Below, one piece after another: positions 1 to 12,283 of a stretch of 64,000 nucleotides of DNA (positions are counted from its first letter, which is position 1; each line of letters opens with the position of its first letter). Under the pieces are notes generated by a model that was not told the origin of the DNA, did no database searches, and worked only from the letters and a program-made list of their open reading frames with translations. Source of the DNA: Octopus vulgaris (taxonomy: Eukaryota); contig OX597815.1 in NCBI GenBank assembly GCA_951406725.2, positions 190,960,001-191,024,000 on the forward strand. The letters run 5' to 3'. The translations under genes and the position numbers were made by a program.

Positions 1-31
1 TAATTTAAAATGAAAAAAAGTATATACTCAC

Positions 32-512
32 CAATCAAATGAAGAACTTCCAGAGATGATAAACAGCTATAAATCCTTCGCATAAATCCCTCCAAAAAGA
101 TTACCTCGGATAAACAGATGCAGAGACTTCGAAGGTTACAAGGAAAGGCGTTCAAATCATTGAAGTCATGTAATTGCATTGCATTTGAAAAATCAAGTGT
201 CATGTACTTGAGGTTAGGACACTTATTGGCAAGGTCATGCAAGACAGGGGACGTGATCAGTTCACAGGGAAGCTCAATATATCGGAGAGTTGAACCGAAA
301 CGGATGTTTATTAAAGCCAGCAGCGTTTCAGTATTATTCACATGCAGACCGGAGAATTCAGGACGCAAGGACACCGCCTGCCACAGTCGACTGTCGTATG
401 CGATAAGACGCCAACGTTTGCACACACGTGCGATTTTCCCAAGTTCTCGATGCTTGAGAAACGAAAATATCTGCAAGAGGATTTTATCTGGCATCTCATT
501 GATCAAGACGCT
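32..512 (-). CDS. Internal coding exon of an F-box/leucine-rich-repeat (FBXL-type) protein; gene continues off the left edge
   Basis: Minus strand reads atttatttccAG|AGC GTC...TTG ATT G|GTGAGT: 481 nt, phase 0 in and phase 1 out, no stops. Translation SVLINEMPDKILLQIFSFLKHRELGKIARVCKRWRLIAYDSRLWQAVSL (F-box) ...LANKCPNLKYMTLDF...PCNLRSLCICL...LSSLEVLHLIG (LRR-like xLxxLxL). Confidence 0.95.
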
Positions 513-637
513 CTGGAAATAAATCACAAGCATCATAAATTAAGTATGAAAACAACGGATAGGAAATTTAGTAATTTCTTGACATTTATTTCGGTATACT
601 AAAACAAAGCAAAATAAATAATAAAACTTACCCTTGG

Positions 638-671
638 ATGTGTGTGTGTGCATGTGTGAGTGTGTGTGTGC

Positions 672-725
<54 letters not shown>

Positions 726-733
726 ACGTGTGC
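638..733. repeat. (TG)n microsatellite
   Basis: Direct reading. Confidence 0.95.
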
Positions 734-1617
734 AAGAAATTTTATCTTATTATATTTAAAATGTTGATTTTTGTTTGTACATCACAAAACAAATTTCATT
801 TTAGTTAAACCAAAAAAAGTTGTACGACTGGAAAAAATAGATAAGACGAACACAAATGATTCATTAAATTTAGCAGTTTTATACTGTCTCCTACTTTTGT
901 GTCACAACCAAAACTTAAAGGATAAAAAACAGTGGTTCTGTTGATGCACCATTTTATAGGAAACAGATCATAAAGGAGTTTATAAAAAAAATGTACAAGA
1001 TCATCCATTTTTTTATGCACAGCAAAAAATAGAAAGAAGAAAATATTAATGTAGATAAACATTAAAAATCAAATTATATTTCATATTAGATTTCTTTGTA
1101 AAATATTGTGAAACTAAATTTGAAGTGCCTAAAATCTTATCAATTTTTTTCAATATTGATTTCAGAGAAAACTTCTTTAAACACAAATACAATAAAATTT
1201 CTGGGTAGAGAAAAGACATTGTCCTCATTTTTCAAATGTGCCAAGAATTTATTTTTATATATTTCCCATTTAATAGTCTGTAATTTAGTTAAACACAACA
1301 TATTCAATGAAATGAAATTTATTCTAAACTGTAAACCCAGGAGGTATTTTGGTTTACATAATCATCTTTGCATAACAATAGTTGATATAAATGTTGGTTG
1401 GTTGATTGGTTGATTTCCCTAGTCATGCTTTACACTGTACAGAGAGGAGGGGAAAAGAATAAAAGGGAGATACAAAGAGAATTCACATGAGCGCAGAAAG
1501 AGTGTCTTATGACTTTCTGAAAAATACACATTTTTTAATAGAATTTTGCAGAGATAGATTTCCAATGGAGTAGACTGCAATTATATTGGTGAAATTTAAA
1601 AAGTACTAGCATGAACT

Positions 1618-1915
1618 GGCACTTTGTCAGTTATGAAGACAAGTGTTCCAGCTCATCCATTAAAGGAACAGTCTGCTCATGAAATTAACATGCAAGCGGC
1701 TGAGTATTCCACAGACATATGTGGGATTCAATGTAACACAGACTTCAACAAGTCTGGCTCTTTGAAATACAAGTACTGTTCGTTTTTGGCAGCTGGGTGG
1801 ACTGGAGTAACATGAACTAAAGTGTCTTGCTCAAGAACACAAAATGCCGCCAGGAATCAAACACAAAACTTTATGATTGTAAGCCAAATACTTTAACCAC
1901 TAAGCTATGTAACCT
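1618..1915 (-). mobile_element. Old tRNA-derived SINE, family D (other copies about 10888-11195 +, 21480-21790 -, 51290-51535 -)
   Basis: Shared segments (gtgtcttgctcaag, gctcatgaaattaac, gagtgctccacagac). The head TGGCTTAGTGG...GAGTTCAATTCC is seen in the 10888 copy. Confidence 0.7.
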
Positions 1916-1929
1916 TCGCATACTGGCAT

Positions 1930-2319
1930 TCTTTTATTTGCTTCAGTCATTTGACTGCGACCATGCTGGAGTACCACCTTTAGTCAACTCCAGGAAATAT
2001 TCTTTGTAAGACTAGTACTTATTCTATCAGTCTATTTTTGCCAAACTGCTAAGTTACAGGGATGTAAATACACCAGTATTAGTTGTCAAGTAATGGTAGG
2101 TGGACAAACACAGATACACAAACATACATCCACACACAGACACATACACACATATACAACAGGCTTCTTTCAGTTTCCATCTACCAAATCCATTCACAAG
2201 GCTTTGGTCGACCCGAGGTTATAGTAGAAGACACTTGCCCAAGGTGCCATGCAGTGGGACTGAACCTGGAACCATGTGGTTGGTAAGCAAGCTACTTACC
2301 ACACAGCCACTCCTGCGCC
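1930..2319 (-). mobile_element. tRNA-derived SINE, family A (about 400 bp, internal CA/TA microsatellite)
   Basis: Sense head GGCGCAGGAGTGGCTGTGTGG (A box)...GGTTCAGTCCC (B box), CORE-like ccttgggcaagtgtc, and a short tandem tail. More than 15 copies in the window. Confidence 0.9.
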
Positions 2320-3058
2320 ATGTCAAAGATACAGAATAAAATATTTTCTCAAATTTTCAAAAATGTACCACCAGTGATGCAAAAGGCAGTTGTGTGAAGT
2401 TTGCGATGCATCACCAGTGGTACATATTACAGTTAACATGTTAATGGTAGCAAGCTCAACATTTTGGAGAGCTTTTGGAAACCATGAGCACATCCCTTTC
2501 TTCCATCCCTCTTCTCCCAGGTCAAACTGATAAAAAAACAATAACAAACATAGAGAGTTCTGAGCCAAAAAATTAGAGCATTGACTGCAGTTAAGTAAAT
2601 AAAGATAGTGAAAATCAATATAAATAACCAGAGAGGTTATTTTTCTTCTATTTGTTTCTTAGACATTCAATCTTTATTGTACTTATGACAGCAAGAATTA
2701 CATATTCTGCCTTGCAGATAGTGAATTTGTTCTGATGTTCAATTTATATTTACTACACAGAATTGTCTGTTCATTTGTTCCGTTTGCATTGGTTTTCTTT
2801 TCCATGGTAGCATGTGTTAGATGAATGCTACTGAAACATTCTTTTACAGCCAGATGCTCTTCCAATCACTATGTTTGCACATAATGATGTGTGCATGTGT
2901 GTATGCCCACAACACACACAAACACACGTGTTACATAATATCTCCTATCCTTGTATATGTTTGGGTATTTTATGTGACCATTCATTGCTACGCAATGATA
3001 TTGAACCCGGAACCATGTGGTTGGGAAGCAAGCTACTTACTACGCAGCCATGCCTGCA

Positions 3059-3103
<45 letters not shown>

Positions 3104-3892
3104 TGCATGTAAGTATACATGTATATATGTATGTGTGTCCATTCACATGGCTTTGGTCGGCCCGAGGCTATAGTAGAAGACACTTGCCCAAGGTGCCACG
3201 CAGTGGGACAGAACCTGGAACCATGTGGTTGGTAAGCAAGCTACTTACCACGCAGCCACTCCTGAGCCATGTCAAAGATACATCACTCCATCACTGCTTG
3301 ATAACCAGTGTTGGTTTGTTTATGTTCCAGTAACTTAGCAATTTAGACTTTAAAAATAATTACTGAGGTTGATTTCTTTGATTAAACCCTTCTAAGTGGT
3401 GCTCCAGCATGAACACAGTCCAACGACTGAAACACGTATAAGAGAAAAGAAAAGCTATAGATGCGCATGTGTGTGTGTGTGTGTGTGTGTGTGCACATGT
3501 GTGTATATTCTTGTGTGTGTGGACTTAGTTCAACCCACACAGATCTCTAGAGGAATAACAGATGGGGTACATATTCACTTCATACACAATTGAAATAACT
3601 GGCGTGATACATCAAATGTTTTCGATAGAGCTGTTAATAATTATCAATTTCCAACACTTACGATCAGGCTTCACATCATAATAACTCTCATTTCTTCTCC
3701 ATTGGCCATATATATATATATATATATACATACATGTGTGTGTGTGTCTACATACATACGAGCATGTGAGTATATGTCCACATGTATGTATGCAAATATA
3801 TATATATATACATACATGTGTGTGTGACTGTATGTGTGTGTGCCTGTGTGTGCATACATATGAGCATGTGAGTATATGTACACATGTATGTA

Positions 3893-3941
<49 letters not shown>

Positions 3942-4160
3942 TTATATATATCTATATATAGAGAGAGAGATATGTATATAGATATAGATTTATGGGAATA
4001 ATGATACTGATGGCTGATCAGAGAGCAATGAAAACTGTTAATTATTAACAGCTCTGCAGAAAACATTTGATATTTCACACCACTTGTTTCAACTGTGTGT
4101 CATCTCGTTGGTGAATCGAATATGTATCACAGCAGTTTGATGTATATTGAATATATATAC

Positions 4161-4205
<45 letters not shown>

Positions 4206-4207
4206 TA

Positions 4208-4729
4208 TATGTAAGGCTTCAATTCATTTATTGAACACATTTTGTTCTGTATTGAGATTTGTTGTATGCACACACAGAAACACCACATGCTGAGCAGTTT
4301 TGAGTAATGTATGTGTATGTGTATATGTATGTATTCTTTTATTCTTTATTTGTTTTAGTCATTTGACTGTGGATATGCTGCAGCAACACCTTTAGTCGAG
4401 TAAATCGATCCCAGGAGTTATTCTTTGTAAGCCTGGTACTTATTCTATTGGCCTCTTTTGCTGAACCGCTAAGTTACAGGGACACAAATGCACCAGCATC
4501 GGTTGTCAAGTGATGTTGGGTGGACAAACACAGACACACAAACATATACACACACATACATATATATATTTATATATATATATATAGAAAAAATTTAGAT
4601 CCAGATGAATATGGTACTTAATTCGAGGCACCAGAATTTAGTATGGTATTATCCATACAATTTCAAAATGAGGTGATTAAAATCAAAATATGCAACAAGG
4701 ATATCCAGATATCCTTGTTACTTATTTTG

Positions 4730-4779
<50 letters not shown>

Positions 4780-4782
4780 ATA

Positions 4783-4821
<39 letters not shown>

Positions 4822-4823
4822 GC

Positions 4824-4865
<42 letters not shown>

Positions 4866-4867
4866 GC

Positions 4868-4909
<42 letters not shown>

Positions 4910-5434
4910 CAAAATAAGTAACAAGGATATCTGGATATCCTTGTTGCATATTTTGATTTTAATCACCTCATTTTGAAATTGTATGGATAATACCATACTA
5001 AATTCTGGTGCCTCGAATTAAGTACCATATTCATCTGGATCTAAATTTTTTCTATATATATATATATAAATATATATATGTATGTGTGTGTATATGTTTG
5101 TGTGTCTGTGTTTGTCCACCCAACATCACTTGACAACCGATGCTGGTGCATTTGTGTCCCTGTAACTTAGCGGTTCAGCAAAAGAGGCCAATAGAATAAG
5201 TACCAGGCTTACAAAGAATAACTCCTGGGATCGATTTACTCGACTAAAATGTTGCTGCAGCATATCCACAGTCAAATGACTAAAACAAATAAAGAATAAA
5301 AGAATACATACATATACACATACACATACATACATTACTCAAAACTGCTCAGCATGTGGTGTTTCTGTGTGTGCATACAACAAATCTCAATACAGAACAA
5401 AATGTGTTCAATAAATGAATTGAAGCCTTACATA
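4208..5434. repeat. Near-perfect 1.2-kb palindrome (inverted duplication) centred on a TA-rich microsatellite
   Basis: 4208-about 4735 is the reverse complement of about 4905-5434. I saw one small difference in the unique arms (caacacctttag vs caacattttag). Confidence 0.95.
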
Positions 5435-5661
5435 AGGCGGCGAGCTGGCAGAAACGTTAGCACGTCGGGCGAAATGCGTAGCCGTATTTCGTCTGCCGTT
5501 ACGTCCTGAGTTCAAATTCCGCCGAGGTCGACTTTGCCTTTCATCCTTTCGGGGTTGATTAAATAAGTACCAGTTACCCACTGGGGTCGATGTAATCGAC
5601 TTAATCCGTTTGTCTGTCCTTGTTTGTCCCCTCTGTGTTTAGCCCCTTGTGGGTAGTAAAG

Positions 5662-5665
<4 letters not shown>
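5435..5665 (+). mobile_element. SINE family B (about 230 bp; other copies 25730-25870 -, 27663-27898 -, 43670-43907 -, tandem 56690-57090 -)
   Basis: aggcggcgagctggcagaaacgttag...GAGTTCAAATTCC (B box)...gggtagtaaagaaata, nearly identical between copies. Confidence 0.9.
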
Positions 5666-5707
<42 letters not shown>

Positions 5708-5752
5708 ATATATATATATATCATCATCATCATCGTTTAACGTCCGTTCTCC

Positions 5753-5809
<57 letters not shown>

Positions 5810-7059
5810 CAAGCTTCTTACCCAACAAACATATATATGAATTTAAACATACATGTATATATTCTTTATAAATATTTAACCGAAGCTAATGAAGTGACTG
5901 AAGTGCTAAGAGTTGTACAAATATATATCTTACTAACGCTGAGTGCAACTGATGGTTTCTATTCAGCTATGAATCAATATGTGTATGTGTGTGTGTTTGT
6001 GTGTGCATGCACAAGCGCGTATGCATGCATTATTTATTGTTGTTTTTTTTATACGTAAGACTACCTTTTCTAATTTGTCGTATCCTAATTTAAGATTTGA
6101 GTGAAAAATAGCCACTATTTATATTAAGCTGGACCACCATGCCTTGTCCCATCAACTCCAAGTTAACTTGCCTGTTGTTGTTTAGTCTCAAAATCAATCA
6201 TCATCAAATAAAACTACGATGAAAAGCATTCCAGTTGTGACAGTCCTATCAACTACTTCCGTAAATCAGGAAAATATTGTTCAATATAACCTTTATTTAA
6301 GATGTCAGACTGTGATTTGTGAGAGTTTTGGATACTGTTTTGTACAGGATGAGTATCACTGTGTTATAAACAAACCAAACTTGTTGTCTCTGTTGCTCTC
6401 TCTCTCTCTCACTCTCTCTCTCCCTCCCTGTCTCTCTCTCCCTCCATCCCTCTCTCTCTCTCTATCTATATCTATCTATCTATCTGTCTCTCTATCTATT
6501 TGTTTCTTTCTCCTGTAAGCAAAGGGTTTTGGTTTAAGGTTATAGTTTATGGGCAGGGCCACAGTTAAGGTTAAGATTCATGGTTAGAGTTAGGATTGGG
6601 CTTTAGGCTTAAGGTTACAACTAATCAGAAAAAGAGAAGTTGAAAAAAATTGAATTAGTAACTTTATCTTTTATCAGAATCTTTTGCACTAAAAATACAA
6701 CACTCTGCTCATCGTTTATCAAGAAGTTTTGCAATAATTTCAGTAAATTACTTTGCCAGGGCAATTTCTTGATTCTTTAGTCAAGTTTATTTTTGGCAAG
6801 TAAAATAAATATAAATTAAAATTCAAGCAAAGGTCTAGTGATACAGAGAAATTCGAAAAGGGTAACTAAACGTACATTACCCTGTTTAATCTGGTTGGTA
6901 ATAAAATACACAACACACATTGTACAGAAAAGGAAAAGTTATTTAAGGACTAAACAGCCAGTAACTCACTCTTTATGCTAAATTAAACTCCAAAGGAGAA
7001 AATTCTGCAATGAACGATACAAGAATTTAGGGAGAAAAACTAGAAGGTAAAAAGTAAAC

Positions 7060-7310
7060 CATCATCATCATCATTTAACATCTATTCTCCATGCTGGCAT
7101 GGGTTGGATGGTTTGACCAGGGCTGGAAAGCTGGAAGGCTGCACCAGACTCCAGTCTGTTTGGCATGGTTTCTATGGCTGGATGCCCTTCCTAAGACCAA
7201 CCACTCTGATGGTCTAATGGGTGCTTTTATGTACCACCGGCATGGGTGCCATTTGCATGACTCCGTTATCTGCCATGACTGTGGTTTTACTTGGCTTGAT
7301 GGGTCTTCTT
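7060..7310 (-). mobile_element. RTE-related 3' fragment with (GAT)n tail (relatives about 37975-38155 +, 50485-50700 -, 59680-60260 -)
   Basis: catcatcat...ccatgctggcatgggttgga...ggctggatgcccttcc, shared with the 3' UTR of the RTE LINE at 45577. Confidence 0.75.
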
Positions 7311-7806
7311 CATATAAAAAAAAACAAGTGTAAGAAATAAAGAGTAACTATAAAAAATATCACAACAAGCATGGAAAAGAAAGACAACAAAGAAGCCTCT
7401 ATGCAGTCGTTCAAACTGCTAGAATTAGCAGCCATAATTGCCTCAAATTATATGTTACTGTCTTAGAAATAAGATACATTTAGCTAATGCTACTCTGAGA
7501 ATACTGTGCCTAGAAAAAAATATGACTGATAATTCCTCGGTCATTACTCTTCTGTGCTAGGAATGACCTGAAGTTAAGCACAACAGACTCCTGAAAAAAT
7601 ACTGAGAGAAATTACTTGACAAAAAAACTGGGAAAAAATGAAAACCCTACTAATAGCTAAGGTTGAGACATAAGACCTATGTTCACAGAGTAAGATCAAC
7701 TTATACTAAAAACAAAGATGATTAAAGGTCTGTAAGCAGAAAAGAGAACAAAACAAAGGGTCAAAATGCTACCTGAATTCTTTATGAACTCCGAGGATTG
7801 CATACA

Positions 7807-8225
7807 TACTCTTTTACTTGTTTCAGTCATTTGACTGTGGCCATGCTGGAGCACAGCCTTTAGTCGAGCAAATCGACCCCAGGACTTATTCTTTGTAAGC
7901 CTAGTACTTATTCTATTGGTCTCTTTTGCCGAACCACTAAGTTACAGGGATGTAAACACACCAGCATCGGTTGTCAAGTGATGTTGGGGGGACAAACACA
8001 GACACACAAACACATATATGCACATTATATATATATATATATATACACATACATATACATATATACGACGGGCTTCTTTCAGTTTCTGTCTACCAAATCC
8101 ACTCACAGGGCTTTGGTCAGCCTGAGGCTATAGTAGAAGACATTTGCCCAAGGTGCCACGCAGTTGGACTGAACCCGGAACCATGTAGTTGGTAAGCAAG
8201 CTACTTACCACACAGCCACTCCTAC
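7807..8225 (-). mobile_element. SINE family A
   Basis: Full-length match to the other family A copies. Confidence 0.9.
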
Positions 8226-9054
8226 ATATTAGGAATTATTATGATATTTGTGAAAACTAGCGTTTCAAGATGGAAAGCATCTGCCCAAACAGTTTAACAT
8301 TTTATTACCAACCAGACAGAGATAACTTGTAATATTGTGTTTATATTTAAATTATGCTTCTTATTAAAATCTCATTACAGCATGAATTATATCATGAGAC
8401 TTCGATTAGCCAGCACCAATATCATATACTATTAGATAACTTAATAAACCTCTCCAAATTTTATTATATTAAAAATTGATTAAAACACATCAACAGTCTA
8501 TTCTTTAGAGAAAGTCACAAAAGGATTAACCAATGAGCGTTGCTGCTTGATTGAAAATACCAGTCATTAATCATCAGCAATTATAGGGAAAATAATGTTG
8601 GTAGCAGATAGAATTGATAAAATAGTGGAAAAAAATAATGCTTTCTGGTGGTACTTAGTTAAATTCTTTCATATTCAAACTTCAAATCTCATGTTCTACA
8701 TTGATAGAGTAAATGCCATTCAAGCATCAGAGTTAATTTAATTAGTCTGAAACAGTGGTTTCCAATCTTTTATCATCACAATCCTTTGATTTTGATTTTG
8801 ATTTTGGTAAATCGTTAATCATCCCTGAAGCTGTGTTTTTTTTTTAAATACTCAATAAGGAACACTTAACATTTGATATTTTTTCTTCGTGATTTTTTTA
8901 CTTTTTATCAAATATTTCAAAAGTTAAATATTTTCTTCATTTTTGAAACTAATTCAAAATTACGTCACATTTGATCTTTAACCTGCTTTTGATATTCGTG
9001 TCCTTGTGATAATATAAGAACCCACTAATTATAAGGAAATTATAAGGAAAACAA

Positions 9055-9130
9055 CATATGGCGTAGTGGTTAATAGCGTGGGCAACTAACACCAAGATTC
9101 CGAATTTGATTCCAGGCAGTATCTTGAATA

Positions 9131-9224
<94 letters not shown>

Positions 9225-9410
9225 CAGCAACAACATAGAAAAATACCTTAGGAATGAGAACCCTGGTTTGAAATTTCCCCAAGACACCTGATGAAGGCTG
9301 GAAGGTCTATCAGCCAAAATGTTGTGTCAACAACAAACAAGATGAGGACAAATATCCAGCAAATGTAAATAATGTAAATAATTCCTCATCTCTTAAATAT
9401 AGAACTGTAT
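9055..9410 (+). mobile_element. SINE-like element: tRNA-type head, (AAT)n, and a 3' part with a decayed minimal hammerhead motif
   Basis: A box TGGCGTAGTGG at 9059-9069, decayed B box aatttgattcc at about 9103-9113, (AAT)n at 9128-9220, hammerhead-like core at 9283-9328, aaatgtaaataatgtaaat tail. Confidence 0.7.
9283..9328 (+). ncRNA. Degenerate type I minimal hammerhead ribozyme (Penelope-type)
   Basis: GACAC-CTGATGA-A-GGCTG-(10 nt)-CAGCC-aaaatgtt-GTGTC. Stems I and II are intact, and the core differs from GAAACGTT by two CpG-type transitions. Confidence 0.65.
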
Positions 9411-9474
9411 TAAATAAGATAGAAATGATGAACATTTGATTAAAATATAATTTATGTAGTCCTTGACTACTCAC

Positions 9475-9567
9475 CTGCCATTGTGTCATGCCATAATTTG
9501 AACTTTGTCCTAAAAATGTTAATTCTTCCCCCATCAAATCTTCTTGAATGTCCTGTAGACTTTGCAT
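9475..9567 (-). CDS. Candidate upstream (possibly first or alternative first) coding exon of the F-box gene
   Basis: ATG at 9567 gives MQSLQDIQEDLMGEELTFLGQSSNYGMTQWQ, ending exactly at a consensus CAG|GTGAGT donor in phase 0, which matches the phase-0 acceptor at 512. The frame stays open upstream to about 9705. Sequence appears non-repetitive. Confidence 0.6.
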
Positions 9568-11347
9568 TTCCCTTTGAATTTTTGTTACGTTTCTAGATTT
9601 CTTCTCATAAAGAGTTGTTTCACATATCCAGGATATTGAATGCTTAATTTTTTTCCTAACTGGCTGATATCCAGAATCTTTAAGGATGCCAAAATCCTTA
9701 AATACTCACATAATTACATACCCATCTTTGATGAAGTTGGATTTTTCTCAAACTATTAATGAGTGACAATTAGTGTCGCAGCATTGTTCATGTGTAGCAT
9801 GTTGAAGTAGGTCTTGCCAAGTAAGGCTCCATTGCACATTTAAGATAATGTTTTACACATGCATAAATAACAAATAAAAAATAAAATATTTGATGTTTGT
9901 TTGGACCTATAACGTTTAAGCTTTGTGACAAGTTGAAACAAGAACAAGTTTGCTACAATATCTAAGAGCACAACTACTTTGTTGTGATGTTATCTCAATT
10001 CTGCATTAGCTAAGCTTTCAGTAGATTGTAAATCCTGTTACTCTATTACCAAGTTGTCTCAACCAAAATCACTTGACTCACATGATTTCACTGAAGTTGA
10101 ATAAATTATTGACACTCACCGAATGAAGAGAAAAATCATCATAAAATCCAAACAAATAATTTGATATAATAATGAAAGTTGGTTCAACCTGGTACTGTGG
10201 CTATCAGTAAAAATCTATCAGTAAACATAACAACTCTTCTCTTGGTAGATATTATTATCCGTCCTGTATTTGTGATGGTTAAAGTTTTGATTTACAAATA
10301 TTTCCCATCTATAAAGTAATAATTAAATATGGGATATAAGATATAATGCAGAGGAAAAAAAAAACTGTTTTAGCTTCTGTTATGAATAATTAAAAAGAAA
10401 TTTTGACCTAATAAAACATGACAAGCTGTTGAGCTCAAAAGATATTGATTTTGAAATAGAAGTCCTACTTTTTTTTCTGCATAAAAAGGATTAAACTTCC
10501 CCAATTAAGTGATTAGAATTATGTAACAGAGTGACAAATATGTCTTGAAACTGGATTATAAACTAGATGTTGCAGTATTAATGAGAGGAGAAGGGAAAGA
10601 AACTGAGAGATAGAAAATCATTTGACTCTTAAATGAGAATACAATCATAGAATTGTTATAAATTATGCGACATTTAACATTCAGTATCTCTGATACAAAT
10701 TGCAATGTTATTCTCAAAAATGGCATAGCAATTCTCAGTTCACTGAGAAATCCAGTGTACAAAAAAGGTGTTCATTAAGGTTCTGTCCTTAGACAACTTT
10801 TTTACATACATTATAAAAGAGGTTCAAGACTGGATAGCTATAGAAACATTGATATACTGATTGCGTTGTCCTTATTGCATAGGATGAAGGCACATGGCTT
10901 AGTGGTTGGGGAGTTTGGTATGTGATCATAAGGTCATGAGTTCAATTCCCAGTAGCACATTATGTCCTTGAGCAAGATACTTTATTTCACATTGCTCCAC
11001 TCAACTCAGTTAGTAAAAATAAGCAATACCTGTAAATCAAAAGGCCAGCCTTGTCACATTCTGTGTCATGCCGAATCTCCTTGGGAACTACATTATGGGT
11101 ACGTATGTCTGTGGAGCACTCAGCCATTTGCCCGTTAATTTCAGGAGCAGGCTGTTCCATTCATTGGATCAAGTCATCATAACCAAAAGAGTGCAAAAGA
11201 AGAATTGCATAGAATATTCTAAACATGGAAGAATAATGTTGAACCAAAAAGCCTAAATGCCAATATAGCAAAGAATTAATTACTAAAATAAAGAAATAGG
11301 TGTTAAATGAGAAATAGCCTTATATCACATATAGAAAGGGAGTCAGT

Positions 11348-11740
11348 AGGCGCAGGGGTGGCTGTGTGGTAAGTAGCTTGCTAACCAACCACATGGTTCC
11401 GGGTTCAGTCCCACTGCGTGGCATCTTGGGCAAGTGTCTTCTGCTATAGCCTCAGGCTGACCAAAGCCTTGTGAGTGGATTTGGTAGACGGAAACTGAAA
11501 GAAGCCTGTCGTATATATGTATATATATGTATGTGTGTGTATATGTTTGTCCCTCTAGCATTGCTTGTCAACTGATGCTGGTGTGTTTACATCCCCGTCA
11601 CTTAGCAGTTCGGCAAAAGAGACCAATAGAATAAGTACTAGGCTTACAAAGAATAAGTCCCGGGGTCGATTTGCTCGACTAAAGGCGGTGCTCCAGCATG
11701 GTCACAGTCAAATGACTGAAACAAGTAAAAGAGTAAAGAG
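11348..11740 (+). mobile_element. SINE family A
   Basis: Full length in sense orientation, head ggcgcaggggtggctgtgtgg, tail gtaaaagagtaaagagta. Confidence 0.9.
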
Positions 11741-11846
11741 TAGCTTTTTAATACTGTGTACTAAATGCCAACATTTGGGTAGTGTCTAGCAGATTATAGG
11801 GAACCACAACATTAGATGTAGCTCATGTACAGAGAATATGGTGCTA

Positions 11847-12283
11847 CTTTGGCATGTGATCTACGAGGGATGTTACTTTAGGTTACTTTTCAATTTCTAA
11901 AAACTCGTAAGATGTTGCCTAAAGATTTTTCCACTGTGATCAGTGATGAGACAAAGGCAGTTGCATTTTTATAAAAAACCAGCACTAAATTCATATCATT
12001 TCTTAAGAAAAAGAAAGGTGCCACTTTGGCGTGTGATCTACAATTTAAAGGGAGATTACTTTAGGTTACTTTTTAGTTTACTATGTGTTAGTGCTGCTTT
12101 CCGTGTGATCTATGTGAACAAATTTACTTTGGTGGGTGATCTACATGCTTATTTTAATTATTATATGGTCTTATAATTAAAATAGCAATAATTTTTAACA
12201 AAATACATTTACAATGCTAACTACGTATAAAATGATTTAAAAAGTAATCTAAAGTAATCTCCCTTGTAGATCACATGCCAAAG
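11847..12283. mobile_element. MITE-like element with inverted repeats of about 43 bp and internal gtgatcta repeats
   Basis: ctttggcatgtgatctacgagggatgttactttaggttacttt matches the reverse complement of 12241-12283. A third, direct copy lies at about 12023-12075. Confidence 0.6.

Noticed and set aside
118-602. Plus-strand ORFs of 134 and 86 aa
   Set aside because: They are antisense shadows of the F-box exon and have no recognisable motifs.
10120-10263. Possible minus-strand 5' UTR exon ending CG|GTGAGT
   Set aside because: Weak acceptor, and non-coding, so it cannot be supported without transcripts.
11847-12150. CRISPR-like spaced gtgatcta repeats
   Set aside because: Irregular, degenerate, in a eukaryotic context with no cas genes. 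Better explained as internal repeats of a TIR element.
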